DNA from: a virus
Reading direction: 5' to 3' (one strand)
Length of the DNA: 46,966 nucleotides
Virus record (IMG/VR): IMGVR_UViG_3300032204_000004
Each line of letters opens with the position of its first letter. The first letter of the stretch is position 1. Position numbers and translations under genes: made by a program. The notes below the pieces were generated by a model. It did no database searches and was not told the origin of the DNA. It saw nothing but the letters and a program-made list of their open reading frames with translations. Below are positions 9,189 through 19,529 of this stretch, in pieces.

Positions 9189-9787
9189 CCGCATCAACAG
9201 TTGGAACAGTTGGCCTTGGATCAACCCTCGCTGGCGGGTTACTTAGTGCGTTTGGCGCAACATCTTCGGCGAAGGCTACGTCGCAGATGTATAACTACCA
9301 AGCGGCGGTGGCGCGGATCAATGCCCAGATCGATCAACAGAATGCGGATTATGCCATCGGCGTAGGCGAGAGTCAGGCCAAGATTTCTGGCGAAAAGGGT
9401 GCGCAAACTCTTGGGTTCATTCGTTCATCACAAGGCGCATCGGGATTGGATGTTAATAGCGGATCGGCGAAGCAGGTTTACAATTCGCAGAGCGGTGTGC
9501 TTGCGGAAGATCAAAATACAATCCGCCAAAATGCTGCAAAGACTGCGTATGATTACAAAACCAAAGCAGGCTTCGATACGGCCCAAGCGGGAATGTATGA
9601 TGCGGCGTCGAAGAATGCAACTACCGCTGGATGGATTAACGCAGGGTCATCGCTTATCTCAACCGCAGGAAGCGTGAGTTCTAAATGGATGCAGGGCAAT
9701 ACCGCTGGGCTTTGGGGATCGAGCGGATCGGGCGGACCTATCACGCTTTATGGGCCTAACCAAAATGTTGTGGGGTATACATCATAA
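9185..9787 (+). CDS. internal virion / ejection protein (gp14-like position)
   Basis: ATGA coupling. 200 aa. Gly-zipper hydrophobic N-terminus (GLGSTLAGGLLSAFGA) followed by an A/Q/S-rich helical region. Confidence 0.5.
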   Translation: MTASTVGTVGLGSTLAGGLLSAFGATSSAKATSQMYNYQAAVARINAQIDQQNADYAIGVGESQAKISGEKGAQTLGFIRSSQGASGLDVNSGSAKQVYNSQSGVLAEDQNTIRQNAAKTAYDYKTKAGFDTAQAGMYDAASKNATTAGWINAGSSLISTAGSVSSKWMQGNTAGLWGSSGSGGPITLYGPNQNVVGYTS

Positions 9788-11910
9788 TGCCTCAAGTTCC
9801 TTACACAGGTGCTTCTACAGTACCACTTAGCGAAAACCCAACTCCTACCGAATCGATTAACACCCCCCTCGCGTCGTTTGGTGGCGATGTCGCACAGGCA
9901 ACTAGTCATCTTGGGAGTGCTGTAGCTGGTGCGGGTGATGAACTGTTCAAGCGCGGAATGGCGATGCAAGAGCTTGCCAATCATTCCGAAGCCAATCTCG
10001 CCACTGCAGATTACATGCAAAAGGCTGGAGAATTGCACGCTAACTTCTCCTCCCTCCAAGGAAAGGATGCAGTTGACGCTTATCCGGATTATATCAAGAG
10101 TTTGAAAAAGCTGCGCTCAGGAATTCAAGACGGCCTGTCGAATGACATGTCGCGGAAATTGTTCGAAACCGAATCCCTATCCACGATGGGCCGAACAATT
10201 TTCAATGGCGCGGGATACGCGGCTACGCAGAACAAGGCCTACGCAATCGGCTCCAATGAGGCTCGTATTCAAGCCGTACGCTCAGCAGCCTTGGCGCAAC
10301 CAGATGATGAGCATGCATTTCAGGCGGGCCTTACACTAACCGAACAACAGACGCGGCAGAAGGGCCAGCTTGAGGGTAAGTCTGAGGATGCGATCCTCAA
10401 TGACATCCATCAGGCGCAAGGGAAACTTTGGACTGATCGTATTACCGGCCTCGCCAAGACCCAACCATTCACCGCACAGAAGATGTTGGATGACGCTTCA
10501 AAGCGAGGGGATATCACCGGTGAGGATTTGGGACGCCTGACGAATGTTGTTCAGGGAGCGAAGAACACCGTTGGAGCGCGCCAGATCAGTGCGGAGATTC
10601 GATCTGGGGCAGACCTAAGTTTTGGCTCCAAGGTTGTTAGTCCTTCATCCGCTCGGGATGCAATCGGTACCTACGAATCGGGAAACAACTACGGTGCGCT
10701 TGGCGTTGAGGTTCCGGGCCGTGGTAGGGCACTTGGTAAGTATCAGGTGATGCCTGAGAACCTCCAACCTTGGCTTAAGCAAGCTGGGCTTCCTGCGATG
10801 TCGGAACAGGAGTTCCTCAAATCTCCATCCGCACAGGACAAGGTTTTCGATACGGTGTTTGGTCAGTATATGAAAGATACCGGCTCGTTCAATGACGCTG
10901 CGGCCAAATGGTTCTCGGGTCGCACAATGGCTGAGGCGGGCAATGCAAAGGACCAAACCGGCACATCCGTTCAGAAATATGTGAGCGGAACAAACGCACT
11001 ACTTGCAAAGAATGCTTCACTTAAAGACCTTGTGGATCGGGGTACTGCCCGCGCTCAAGAGATCGCACCAAATGATGTTCTCCTTCCCGATTATGTTCAA
11101 CAGCGGGTTACTAGTGATTATAATCAAAACCTCGCTATCAAACGCAATGACGAGTTTAACAACAAACAAATCGTTGTTTCCGGTATCCTCGGTGGACAGG
11201 ATGGTAAGCTCCCGACTACGCTTGAGGAGTTGAAGGCTAAGGACCCGAATATCGAAAAGGCTTGGAATGATCTGAACCCAACTACCCAACGCCAGTACCT
11301 CGGTTATCTGGCCCAGAATACTAAGGCGGATAATAACTGGACGCCTGATCGTCTGCGCGAAAATCAGCGCCTGAAAGGTTTAGCCCAATCCGACCCCGCG
11401 GCCTTCATTGACGAGGACATCGTCGGCAAGAACCTTCCAACTTCCGCGAAGAAATCACTCATGGAGCTTCAAGTCAAAGTCAAAGGTAACGCCGAACAAG
11501 ACCCACGTGTCACACATGCCCTCCAAGTCTTGCGTCCAATGATCGAGCCTGCTGGCCTGAGCCGCAAGACTGATACCAATGGCTTTGATCAATTCGTCGG
11601 CGCGCTACAAGAAGCCCTCGACGTTGAGCAACAAGATAGCAAGAAACCCCCGACGGCCGAGAAGATCAAAGAGATCGGCACACGGCTTCTGCAAGAGCAA
11701 TCTGGAACTGGTTGGTTCGGCTCTAGCTTCGGTGCACAGAAGATGTACCAAGTCTCTGTCCCAGATAAGGAAGCGGATGCGATCCGCAAGGCTTATCAGC
11801 AGGAGAAGGGTGCAATCCCAACCGACGAGCGCATTCAGGAAATCTACGTTCGCCAGCTTTATCGCAAACTCTACTCCAAGCCCCCAAAGGTAGCCGATGG
11901 CGGACAATGA
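9787..11910 (+). CDS. internal virion protein with lytic transglycosylase (SLT-like) domain
   Basis: GTYESGNNYGALG...GKYQVMPENL...QDKVFD motif, with the putative catalytic Glu codon at 10675..10677. 707 aa. TAATG coupling. Confidence 0.75.
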   Translation: MPQVPYTGASTVPLSENPTPTESINTPLASFGGDVAQATSHLGSAVAGAGDELFKRGMAMQELANHSEANLATADYMQKAGELHANFSSLQGKDAVDAYPDYIKSLKKLRSGIQDGLSNDMSRKLFETESLSTMGRTIFNGAGYAATQNKAYAIGSNEARIQAVRSAALAQPDDEHAFQAGLTLTEQQTRQKGQLEGKSEDAILNDIHQAQGKLWTDRITGLAKTQPFTAQKMLDDASKRGDITGEDLGRLTNVVQGAKNTVGARQISAEIRSGADLSFGSKVVSPSSARDAIGTYESGNNYGALGVEVPGRGRALGKYQVMPENLQPWLKQAGLPAMSEQEFLKSPSAQDKVFDTVFGQYMKDTGSFNDAAAKWFSGRTMAEAGNAKDQTGTSVQKYVSGTNALLAKNASLKDLVDRGTARAQEIAPNDVLLPDYVQQRVTSDYNQNLAIKRNDEFNNKQIVVSGILGGQDGKLPTTLEELKAKDPNIEKAWNDLNPTTQRQYLGYLAQNTKADNNWTPDRLRENQRLKGLAQSDPAAFIDEDIVGKNLPTSAKKSLMELQVKVKGNAEQDPRVTHALQVLRPMIEPAGLSRKTDTNGFDQFVGALQEALDVEQQDSKKPPTAEKIKEIGTRLLQEQSGTGWFGSSFGAQKMYQVSVPDKEADAIRKAYQQEKGAIPTDERIQEIYVRQLYRKLYSKPPKVADGGQ

Positions 11911-14900
11911 TTACACGAACATAATCCAAGGCGACTTTGGCAACCTTGCGCGTCAACAAGCTGTGTCCTATTCTGGAGCATCAGCCGATGATGCGGCGCG
12001 GTCGCTTGAGCTTGAGAAGGCGACTGGCATTCCCTCGACGGTTATCAACTCCGACCTTCCAACTTTTGAAGCTCAGCACAAAGCACAACTAACCGGCGAC
12101 ATCGTTGGAAACAATGAATACCTCGGTGATTTCGTTCGCTCTCATCCACTCGCTGCATCTGTTGCGAATGATGACTACGGCACGCTAGACGAAATCTCCA
12201 ACAATCTAACCTCGCTGCAAAAAATCCACAACTACCTTATGCCCTTCAATCGTTGGGACTCGATGGTTAAGAAGGACCCCCTTAAACATTTCAAAGGGGA
12301 ACTCGGAAGTTGGATGCCTGAGGAGGATAAGAAGGCATATCCAGCGATGGCGACTGCGCTTAAGTGGCTTGGCGCACCGGTTGAACTTGTCTTCCGTGGT
12401 ATCACCGGAACCTTTGGCACCGCAATTGAATTAATCTCGGATACCGCGACTTCGGTTGGTGGGGAACAGTTTGGTCGTGAAGTGGCTGGGTTGGCTGAGG
12501 CCGAGTTCATGGGCCTTACAGGTCGTGGTCATATGCACCTGCCTGAGTTTCGCGCCAAGAATAACGAGATCGCGCTTAAGTCTCTTGATGAGGCCGTTTC
12601 TTCCGCACAGGGTTCGGCCCTCAAAGAACGCTCACCAGACATGTTCCAGAAGTTCGTGGAACAGCATGTTGAAAACAACCAGATGGAGCTTAGTGGGCGA
12701 AAGGCTGCGGAGCTTTATGGCGAAAAGCAGCCGATGCCTGATGATGGCCTCTTGGGCTGGATACCGAATATCGATGAGCAGTTAGCGGTTGCGAAGGAAA
12801 CCGGAGCGAACATTTCCGTACCGATGGCGGATTGGATCGCCAAGGTTGACCCTGCGGTTCATCGAGAACTCAAGGACGACCTTCGGGTTGTTCGAGATGG
12901 GCTGTCGAGGAATGAGGCGGCTGAGCAATCCGCAATTCCACCGATCCCAACGATTGACGAAACCCTGCCAAAGATGCGCGAGGCCTTTGCGGCTGAGCCG
13001 TTGTTTTCGATTGGGGATCGGAAGCTACAGATACAACGAATGGCCCCTGTCAAGGATGATTTTACCAGCGCAATTGATCGGGCCGCGCATAATGCAGGGA
13101 TGAACGCTAGCTATACTTCTGGGTTTCATGATTTCGACCTTGTAAACGAACATGGCCAGAAAGTTGGATGGATTAATGCCTCAATCCAAGACGGAGGCAA
13201 GGGCCTATACATCGACATGGTTGGTGGCAATGGCGAATATTACAATCCGAATAATTTTGGTCCTGCACTTATGCGGGATATTGCGAGACAGCTTAAAGCG
13301 GAGTTTCCGGAAACCGAATACATAACAGGTCATCGAGTTAGTGGCGCGCGATTTAAGGATGGTGAATCACGTGGTATTGAAATTCCAAAAGTCCGCTTTG
13401 CCGAATTCGAGCGCGATCCGCAACAGGCCGCAAGGTTCTCTGAACTCATGCATGGTGCGTGGGCGGATATTGATAGCTATGGCATTCGTGGTTATGCCAA
13501 GAATCCAGATTTCTGGCGCGGTCATGAGACTGAGTTAGTTGATCGGCTCCATGATGAAATGGCGCGTATTGCACCAAAGGCTAGGTTTATTCCGTTCAGC
13601 GCAATTGAGTATGGGAAGGGGCATGGGATTCATGGTGTCTTTTTTCCCAAATATCGTTTCCTCGATTCGTTAATCGGTATTAGCCTCAATAGCCCAGATC
13701 AAGTTGGTACCCTTCGACACGAAATCATTCACCATCTCTACCGCGATGGATTCTTCTCAAAGAACGAATGGGCCGCGCTTGAGAAGGCAGCGGTGGATGA
13801 GGGTTGGATAGATCGATTCCAGATCAAGGAGCGTTATCCCCACGGTGACGCTGCACTCCATCTCGAAGAAGCCATTGCGGAAGGTTATCGTCAATGGCAA
13901 GGTGAGTATGATGTACGCAAGCGCCAAGAGGGGTTCAAGGATTCGCCGATTGATAAAATTTTCCTAAAGCTCAAGGACCTATTCGATTCGATCAAGAAGG
14001 TCTTTGCGGATGTACTTGGCCGTGAGCCGACGTTTGAGGACATCTTCCAGAAGATTGATCAGGGTGAGATCGGGCGCAGGGAATCTGGTGAGGGGTTGGA
14101 TCGCGCAGGACCTGCGTTCCAAACCGATGGTCCAATCGACGCTGGTCCGGGCACCGACGTAGTCCCTCCATTCCGTAAGGCCCAAGACGTTGGGATGACG
14201 ATCGATCAATACAAGCGATATATTAAACTAATCGAAGAACGTCAACAGGCGGACATCAAAGCCTCGACCACACGGATTCAGAAGCAACAAGAGAAGCGGT
14301 TGTCGAAGGAGTGGAAAGACCGATCCGAGGCAATGCGGCCCGATGTCGTCAAGGACCTCAATTCGCGCCCTGACGTCGCAGCGGATAAATTCCTTGGCCT
14401 AGGCGAACTCTATGGCGAAAAGTTGGATAAGACCTATCGACTGGATTGGGAGAAGCTGACTCCCGAACAGCGAGAGGTGCTCCCAGAGTCCTACACAGTC
14501 CGCAAGGGTGGTGTTGATCCTGACCAGATCGCATCGTTGTTTGGTTACAAAACCGGTGACGAGATGATTAACGCCGTTGCGGGCTTTGACCAAATGCGGC
14601 GCGCAAGTGGCAAGAATCGCGATGCCTTCCAGCGTCAACTCATCCAACTCGAAATAAACAAGCGTATGGAAATGGAACATGGTTTCCTTGAGAAGAATAT
14701 TCTCGAAGAAACTATGGACCAAGTTATGTCCGAGAATCAACTCAACCTCCTCCACGAGGAAACCACCGCGCTGGCTATGATGGCGGGCGAGAAGGGGTTT
14801 GACCTCACTCGGGATCAGTTGGCGACTCAGATCAAGGCCAAGTTCGATCGGCTCCAAGTCGGGTTTGTGCAGAGTCAGAAGTTCATGGACGCTGCGGGCA

Positions 14901-17485
14901 AGAATGGCAAAGCGGCTGAAATGGCGCTGCTGCAACAGAAGCCGAAGGATGCGTTCATCGCCAAACAAGCGCAATACTACAACATGCTCTATGCGGACCT
15001 TGCGCGTCGGTTGGAGAAGGAAGTTGGGAAACTTGAGAAGGCCGCAAAGCCATTTTCCAAGCGGGACATCAAGAATATCGAACCGGAATATCTAAACCAT
15101 ATCCAAGACCTCCTCGGTCAAGGAGGGTTCAAGATTGGGCGGTCAGCGGAGAATATTCAAGAGAACCTCCTGCGTCGTGGAGGCAAGACCCTTGAACAAT
15201 TCGCAGATGAGAAGTTGGCGGAAAGTTTCGGCTACCGCGACATCCCGGTGGCTGATGCGATTATTGACAAGAAGGTCAAAGACATCCATCAGATGTCCAC
15301 GCAGGACTTCCTTGGGTATAAGCAAACCATCGACGCGCTGATTAAGAACGCCCGAGACGAGCAGAAGATTTACCGCGAAGGTGAAACTGCGGATCGCAAG
15401 GCTGTTCTAGATGAGATGAAGGATTTGATTAAAGACAAGTTCGAAGTCCGTTCGGATATTGAGGCTACTCCAAGTCGTTGGTCGAAGGTTAAGGAACTTC
15501 CGCGAACCTTCATTGCTGGGCTCACTAATATGGAGACCTTCCTTAATCGCCTTGGTAGTCGCGATCCAAATTCCGTATTCAACAAGTACGTTGTCTATCC
15601 AGCCGCTGCTGCGGCCAATCGTAAGTCTGCTCTCCAACGTGAGTTCGCACGATACTACAAGGATATTGGCGAGGTCAAGGATGCAACCAAACTCGTCGAT
15701 GCTCCGCTGATCGATCCGTTAACCGGCGAGAAGATGCGGAACTTCACCCGCGCGAATGTGGCACAGATGATTGCCAATGCGGGGAATAAGTCGAATTGGG
15801 ACGTATTGGCCAAAGGCTACAAGGCCGATCCGGCGCAATTGATGGATTGGTTAGTCAAGAACTCAACCCGCGAGGATTGGGAGCGCGCACAGAAGCAGGG
15901 CAAGGACATCTTCGGTCGGTTGATCAAACTCGCCGATCAAGAATATGAGCGCATCAATGGCGTGACGGTGGATAAAATCCCACTCGAAAGTTTTACCAAC
16001 GCTCATGGAACATTTGAAGGATGGTATCACCCGCTTATTGCTGATCCAATTCGTAAAGGCAAACAGCCGCTCCGTGGCGATGCTTGGGATGATAGCGATT
16101 TTGGTCATATCACTACGTCTAATGGTTACACGAAAAAGCGTAGTGGCGCCGCCTATCCCCTCGATCTGAATTCAAACATGACCCCGATCCGGATCAACCA
16201 GATGATCCATGACATCTCGTTCCGGGATTTTGTCTTGCAGACCCAGAAGCTGTTTAAGGATTCGGACCTATCCAACACGATCACCTCTCGGTATGGTGCG
16301 GAATATAACGGTTCCAACTTCCTGATCCCTTGGCTACGCGGTATCTCTGGTTCGGAATCCATCCCTTCCAAGGCAATGGCTACTGCCTCAAGGGTTTCGG
16401 AATACCTGCGTCAGAATGTAATCTCAACCTATATCGGATTCAATCCTTTCACCGCGTTCAAGCACGGCCCAACGGCACTGTTCCTCTCAACCAACGAAGT
16501 CGGCGCAAAGCCTTTCCTTCAAGCCGTCCGCGACCTCTACTCGAAGAGCCCAGAGGAAGGCCTTGCCAATCACGAATTCGCAATGAAGTGGTCGGAGGAA
16601 CTCCAGCGCCGTGAGCGTCATTGGCAAGATACGATGTTTGGTGCACATAAGGAAATCACCGGTGCCACCACCCTCCGCGATAGCGTGATCGAGAAGGGTT
16701 CGTGGCTTGTGGCCCAATCCGATATGATGTCGGCAAAGCCCACGTGGCTTGCGGCCTATCGCAACGCTCAAGAAGAAGGCCTATCTCATGGCGACTCCAT
16801 CGACCGAGCCGACGCTGCTGTACGACGTGCTCATGGCTCTACCGCTGTCACTAACCAGCCTAGCCTTGTTCGTGGTGGTGGCCCTGTACACGGCTGGCTT
16901 ACCTCGGTCTATGGGTTCTTCGGCACCGCGATGCAACGGCGAATCGAACTCGCGCATGACCTCAACGACACCTACAAACTTGTCAAAGAGGGAGAGATAA
17001 GCAAGGCAGCGGGAAATATCCCGGGCCTCACAGCGGACATGTTTGCCTATATAATCTGGCCAACCATTGTTGAGGAGTATGTAACGGGTATGACCACGGA
17101 TGACAAGCGAGGTTGGGGACACCATGTTATCGCGGGTGCGTTCCTTGGACTCTCCTCTTCCGTCTTATACCTCCGAGACATAATCCGCGGGGTGGAAGGT
17201 GGACAAGACATAGGTGTGGGGTTGATTTCTTCTCCGCTACATGATACTGTTAAAATGGTCAATGACCTCAAACGCAAGGATGCGTTCTCGAAGGCGCGGG
17301 CCGGGAAAACGATTGGGGATACCCTATCAGTGTTGGGGCACGGTACAGGTATGGCGCCAAAGACAATCGACAATGCCATCCGTTTTGGTATTGATCTTGT
17401 GAATAACGTTGCGCATCCGAGGTCGGCTGGGGATTGGTTCCGTGGCGTAACAAAGGGCACAACCAAAGCTAGAGAGGTTAAGTAA
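11897..17485 (+). CDS. giant internal virion / polyvalent-type protein with zincin HExxH motif
   Basis: 1862-aa ORF. HEIIH at 13718..13732, followed by EEAIAEGY. Hydrophobic segments in the C-terminal third. Occupies the gp16-like position, directly before the lysis genes. Confidence 0.7.
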   Translation: MADNDYTNIIQGDFGNLARQQAVSYSGASADDAARSLELEKATGIPSTVINSDLPTFEAQHKAQLTGDIVGNNEYLGDFVRSHPLAASVANDDYGTLDEISNNLTSLQKIHNYLMPFNRWDSMVKKDPLKHFKGELGSWMPEEDKKAYPAMATALKWLGAPVELVFRGITGTFGTAIELISDTATSVGGEQFGREVAGLAEAEFMGLTGRGHMHLPEFRAKNNEIALKSLDEAVSSAQGSALKERSPDMFQKFVEQHVENNQMELSGRKAAELYGEKQPMPDDGLLGWIPNIDEQLAVAKETGANISVPMADWIAKVDPAVHRELKDDLRVVRDGLSRNEAAEQSAIPPIPTIDETLPKMREAFAAEPLFSIGDRKLQIQRMAPVKDDFTSAIDRAAHNAGMNASYTSGFHDFDLVNEHGQKVGWINASIQDGGKGLYIDMVGGNGEYYNPNNFGPALMRDIARQLKAEFPETEYITGHRVSGARFKDGESRGIEIPKVRFAEFERDPQQAARFSELMHGAWADIDSYGIRGYAKNPDFWRGHETELVDRLHDEMARIAPKARFIPFSAIEYGKGHGIHGVFFPKYRFLDSLIGISLNSPDQVGTLRHEIIHHLYRDGFFSKNEWAALEKAAVDEGWIDRFQIKERYPHGDAALHLEEAIAEGYRQWQGEYDVRKRQEGFKDSPIDKIFLKLKDLFDSIKKVFADVLGREPTFEDIFQKIDQGEIGRRESGEGLDRAGPAFQTDGPIDAGPGTDVVPPFRKAQDVGMTIDQYKRYIKLIEERQQADIKASTTRIQKQQEKRLSKEWKDRSEAMRPDVVKDLNSRPDVAADKFLGLGELYGEKLDKTYRLDWEKLTPEQREVLPESYTVRKGGVDPDQIASLFGYKTGDEMINAVAGFDQMRRASGKNRDAFQRQLIQLEINKRMEMEHGFLEKNILEETMDQVMSENQLNLLHEETTALAMMAGEKGFDLTRDQLATQIKAKFDRLQVGFVQSQKFMDAAGKNGKAAEMALLQQKPKDAFIAKQAQYYNMLYADLARRLEKEVGKLEKAAKPFSKRDIKNIEPEYLNHIQDLLGQGGFKIGRSAENIQENLLRRGGKTLEQFADEKLAESFGYRDIPVADAIIDKKVKDIHQMSTQDFLGYKQTIDALIKNARDEQKIYREGETADRKAVLDEMKDLIKDKFEVRSDIEATPSRWSKVKELPRTFIAGLTNMETFLNRLGSRDPNSVFNKYVVYPAAAAANRKSALQREFARYYKDIGEVKDATKLVDAPLIDPLTGEKMRNFTRANVAQMIANAGNKSNWDVLAKGYKADPAQLMDWLVKNSTREDWERAQKQGKDIFGRLIKLADQEYERINGVTVDKIPLESFTNAHGTFEGWYHPLIADPIRKGKQPLRGDAWDDSDFGHITTSNGYTKKRSGAAYPLDLNSNMTPIRINQMIHDISFRDFVLQTQKLFKDSDLSNTITSRYGAEYNGSNFLIPWLRGISGSESIPSKAMATASRVSEYLRQNVISTYIGFNPFTAFKHGPTALFLSTNEVGAKPFLQAVRDLYSKSPEEGLANHEFAMKWSEELQRRERHWQDTMFGAHKEITGATTLRDSVIEKGSWLVAQSDMMSAKPTWLAAYRNAQEEGLSHGDSIDRADAAVRRAHGSTAVTNQPSLVRGGGPVHGWLTSVYGFFGTAMQRRIELAHDLNDTYKLVKEGEISKAAGNIPGLTADMFAYIIWPTIVEEYVTGMTTDDKRGWGHHVIAGAFLGLSSSVLYLRDIIRGVEGGQDIGVGLISSPLHDTVKMVNDLKRKDAFSKARAGKTIGDTLSVLGHGTGMAPKTIDNAIRFGIDLVNNVAHPRSAGDWFRGVTKGTTKAREVK

Positions 17486-18009
17486 TGGCCGCGATTAGTT
17501 TTGACCAGTCTCTCAAATACATCCTCGAAGATGAAGGCGGGAATGACGACGATCCGTTGGATCACGGCGGGCGTACGTCACGTGGTATAACCCAACGCGA
17601 ATATGATGCTTGGTGTAATGAGCATGGTACTCCTCGCCATGACGTATGGACCGCATCACAATCAGATATCCGGGATATTTACCGGCAGGAATATTGGCAG
17701 CCACAATGCGATCTGCTCCCGGTTGGGGTGGATTATCTATTCTTCAACATGGCTGTCAATGGAGGACCGTATCGCGCATCGGTCCTACTTCAACGGGCGG
17801 TGAATGTTGTTGACGATGGTCGGATTGGTCCGATGACGCGGCAAGCAATTGCCAAGTTTGACGCCAAGACCCTCGTGAACAATTTCACTATGTCAGCGGA
17901 GCGGTTCTATCGGTCCCTGCATCAACCTCGCTTCCTCAAAGGTTGGCTCAATCGCAATAAGCGAGTACAGCTTCGGGCCCTCGCGATGATAGAAGGAACT
18001 ACCAAATGA
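17485..18009 (+). CDS. endolysin, glycoside hydrolase family 108 with PG_binding_3 domain
   Basis: ILEDEGGNDDDPLDHGGRTSRGIT matches the GH108 signature E-GG...DP.D.GG.T..GIT. VDDGRIGPMTRQAI matches the peptidoglycan-binding repeat. Confidence 0.85.
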   Translation: MAAISFDQSLKYILEDEGGNDDDPLDHGGRTSRGITQREYDAWCNEHGTPRHDVWTASQSDIRDIYRQEYWQPQCDLLPVGVDYLFFNMAVNGGPYRASVLLQRAVNVVDDGRIGPMTRQAIAKFDAKTLVNNFTMSAERFYRSLHQPRFLKGWLNRNKRVQLRALAMIEGTTK

Positions 18010-18527
18010 AGTTAGGCATCACCATTCTTGCGACTGTGTTTCTTAGTACGGCCGCTGCTCAGGCAGCACCACGACAGGAGTTTGTACCTTTGGCAAAAGC
18101 TCAAGGGGAGTCTTATGGGGGTTATGTTTCGATTGATCCAGTTGCCACGGTTGGGGCGATTGTTAAACTCCCACTTCGTGTAGCGCGTCGGGCTGTGGCG
18201 TACACCTCATCGGTAATTGGTGGGCGCCCTGCGGGCTGTCCGTACCAATATTGCGGATGCTATACGTCTCTTCAAGTTTTCGGACGGATTATTCCAAGTC
18301 TCAATCTAGCCCGCAATTGGTACCAATTCCCGCGCACCCATCACGCCGCAGGTATGGCCGAGGTAATCGGCAACCATCACGTGCGTTATATCGAAGCCGA
18401 TCTTGGTGGCGGCCGCTATCGCTTCCGTGACGGCAACTCTGGTCGTCACCTAACCCGCATTGTTGAAGGCCCGCCTCGTGGCATTGCGGTCAATCCTCAC
18501 GAGGGTCGTATCTCCTCAGCCCTCTGA
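18006..18527 (+). CDS. secreted NlpC/P60-CHAP-like (TIGR02594-like) cell wall peptidase
   Basis: Sec signal peptide (MKLGITILATVFLSTAAAQA). Contains YCGCY (candidate Cys nucleophile), NLARNW..FPR, NHHVRYI and DGNSG motifs. Confidence 0.55.
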   Translation: MKLGITILATVFLSTAAAQAAPRQEFVPLAKAQGESYGGYVSIDPVATVGAIVKLPLRVARRAVAYTSSVIGGRPAGCPYQYCGCYTSLQVFGRIIPSLNLARNWYQFPRTHHAAGMAEVIGNHHVRYIEADLGGGRYRFRDGNSGRHLTRIVEGPPRGIAVNPHEGRISSAL

Positions 18528-18538
18528 AAGGAACCAAT

Positions 18539-18886
18539 GTGAATATCACCCGTAACCAATGGATCGCAATTGCGGTTCTAGTCCTCAGCGTAAACATGGG
18601 CGCCACGGCTCAGCTTACCGATCTGTTCGGTCCCCATATCGCTAAGATCGTTGTCTCCCTCTCCAGCCTTGGAAGCTCAATCCTCGCAGGGGTTCAGCTT
18701 ATCCTTGGTGGCTCCGCACAGCTTGTTAAAGACGCTGCCGCATTGCCGGGAGTGGAGAAGATCACCGTCAACGCCGATGCTAACGTGGCGTTGGCTACCG
18801 TCGCCACTAGTGCCGATCAACCAAAGGTGGGTGCGTCCTCGCCTGAGGTTCGGGAAGTTCTTCAACAAACTGCAAAAGGAGCTTAA
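18539..18886 (+). CDS. holin candidate (two transmembrane segments)
   Basis: GTG start follows GAAAGGAA. Two TM segments (WIAIAVLVLSVNMGA and IVVSLSSLGSSILAGVQLILGG). Lies inside the lysis cluster. Confidence 0.5.
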   Translation: MNITRNQWIAIAVLVLSVNMGATAQLTDLFGPHIAKIVVSLSSLGSSILAGVQLILGGSAQLVKDAAALPGVEKITVNADANVALATVATSADQPKVGASSPEVREVLQQTAKGA

Positions 18887-18887
18887 G

Positions 18888-19301
18888 TTGAAAAAGATTA
18901 TCATCATCGCCGCACTCGCCATCAGTCTTGGGGGCTGTGCGGAAACTCAAAAGTTCTGGTCGAAGGTTGAAACCGGTGTCAGTCTTTTGACTTCGTCTGT
19001 TACCAATCCCGTAACCCCGGCGCGCTTGGCTGAGGTCGAGGCTTCAATCTCGGTAATCTTCACCGGGCTTAAGACCTACAAGACCGCCTGTGTGCAGGGC
19101 CTTGCAGATACCAATTGCAAAGCTAACATCGCCGCGATTCAGGTGTACACCCGTCAGGTTCCACCCTTGCTGACCCAACTTCGTGCGTTCGTGAAGAACA
19201 ACGATCAAGTTAACGCATCGGTGATTTACAATCAGGTGCAACAGCTGATCACAAATATCACCCCGCTGGCTAACGCCGCTCAAGTGAAGAAAGCATCGTA
19301 A
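18888..19301 (+). CDS. lipoprotein, outer-membrane spanin-like
   Basis: TTG start 6 nt after AAAGGAG. Signal peptide plus lipobox (KKIIIIAALAISLGG-C). The track's long form 18651..19301 overlaps the holin gene and was rejected. Confidence 0.55.
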   Translation: MKKIIIIAALAISLGGCAETQKFWSKVETGVSLLTSSVTNPVTPARLAEVEASISVIFTGLKTYKTACVQGLADTNCKANIAAIQVYTRQVPPLLTQLRAFVKNNDQVNASVIYNQVQQLITNITPLANAAQVKKAS

Positions 19302-19302
19302 C

Positions 19303-19515
19303 ATGGACATCACCGCAGTTCTCGCATTGGTTCAGAAGGCCATCCAGTATATTCCACTCGCTATCTCGGCGGGACAGGATATTGCGGCAGTTATCAATCT
19401 GGTCAAAACCACCGTTGATGGCGCACAGGCTGGCACTCTCACCGCTGACCAGTTGGCACAACAGGAAGCCGAACTCGACGCACTGATCGCAGATTTCAAT
19501 ACGCCTATTGATTAA
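19303..19515 (+). CDS. hypothetical small protein in lysis cluster
   Basis: 70-aa amphipathic, hydrophobic ORF. Confidence 0.5.
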   Translation: MDITAVLALVQKAIQYIPLAISAGQDIAAVINLVKTTVDGAQAGTLTADQLAQQEAELDALIADFNTPID

Positions 19516-19529
19516 GCTGGGAATGCCAA

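Noticed and set aside
14399-14974. 191-aa minus-strand ORF inside the giant virion protein gene. Similar antisense ORFs occur at 17047..17565, 12232..12510 and 16781..17125.
   Set aside because: They are fully embedded antisense to a long, continuous and motif-bearing gene, with no RBS and odd composition. They are typical shadow ORFs.
18651-19301. Long 216-aa form of the lipoprotein ORF.
   Set aside because: Its first 79 codons overlap the holin candidate in another frame. A TTG at 18888 with AAAGGAG upstream gives a canonical signal peptide plus lipobox.
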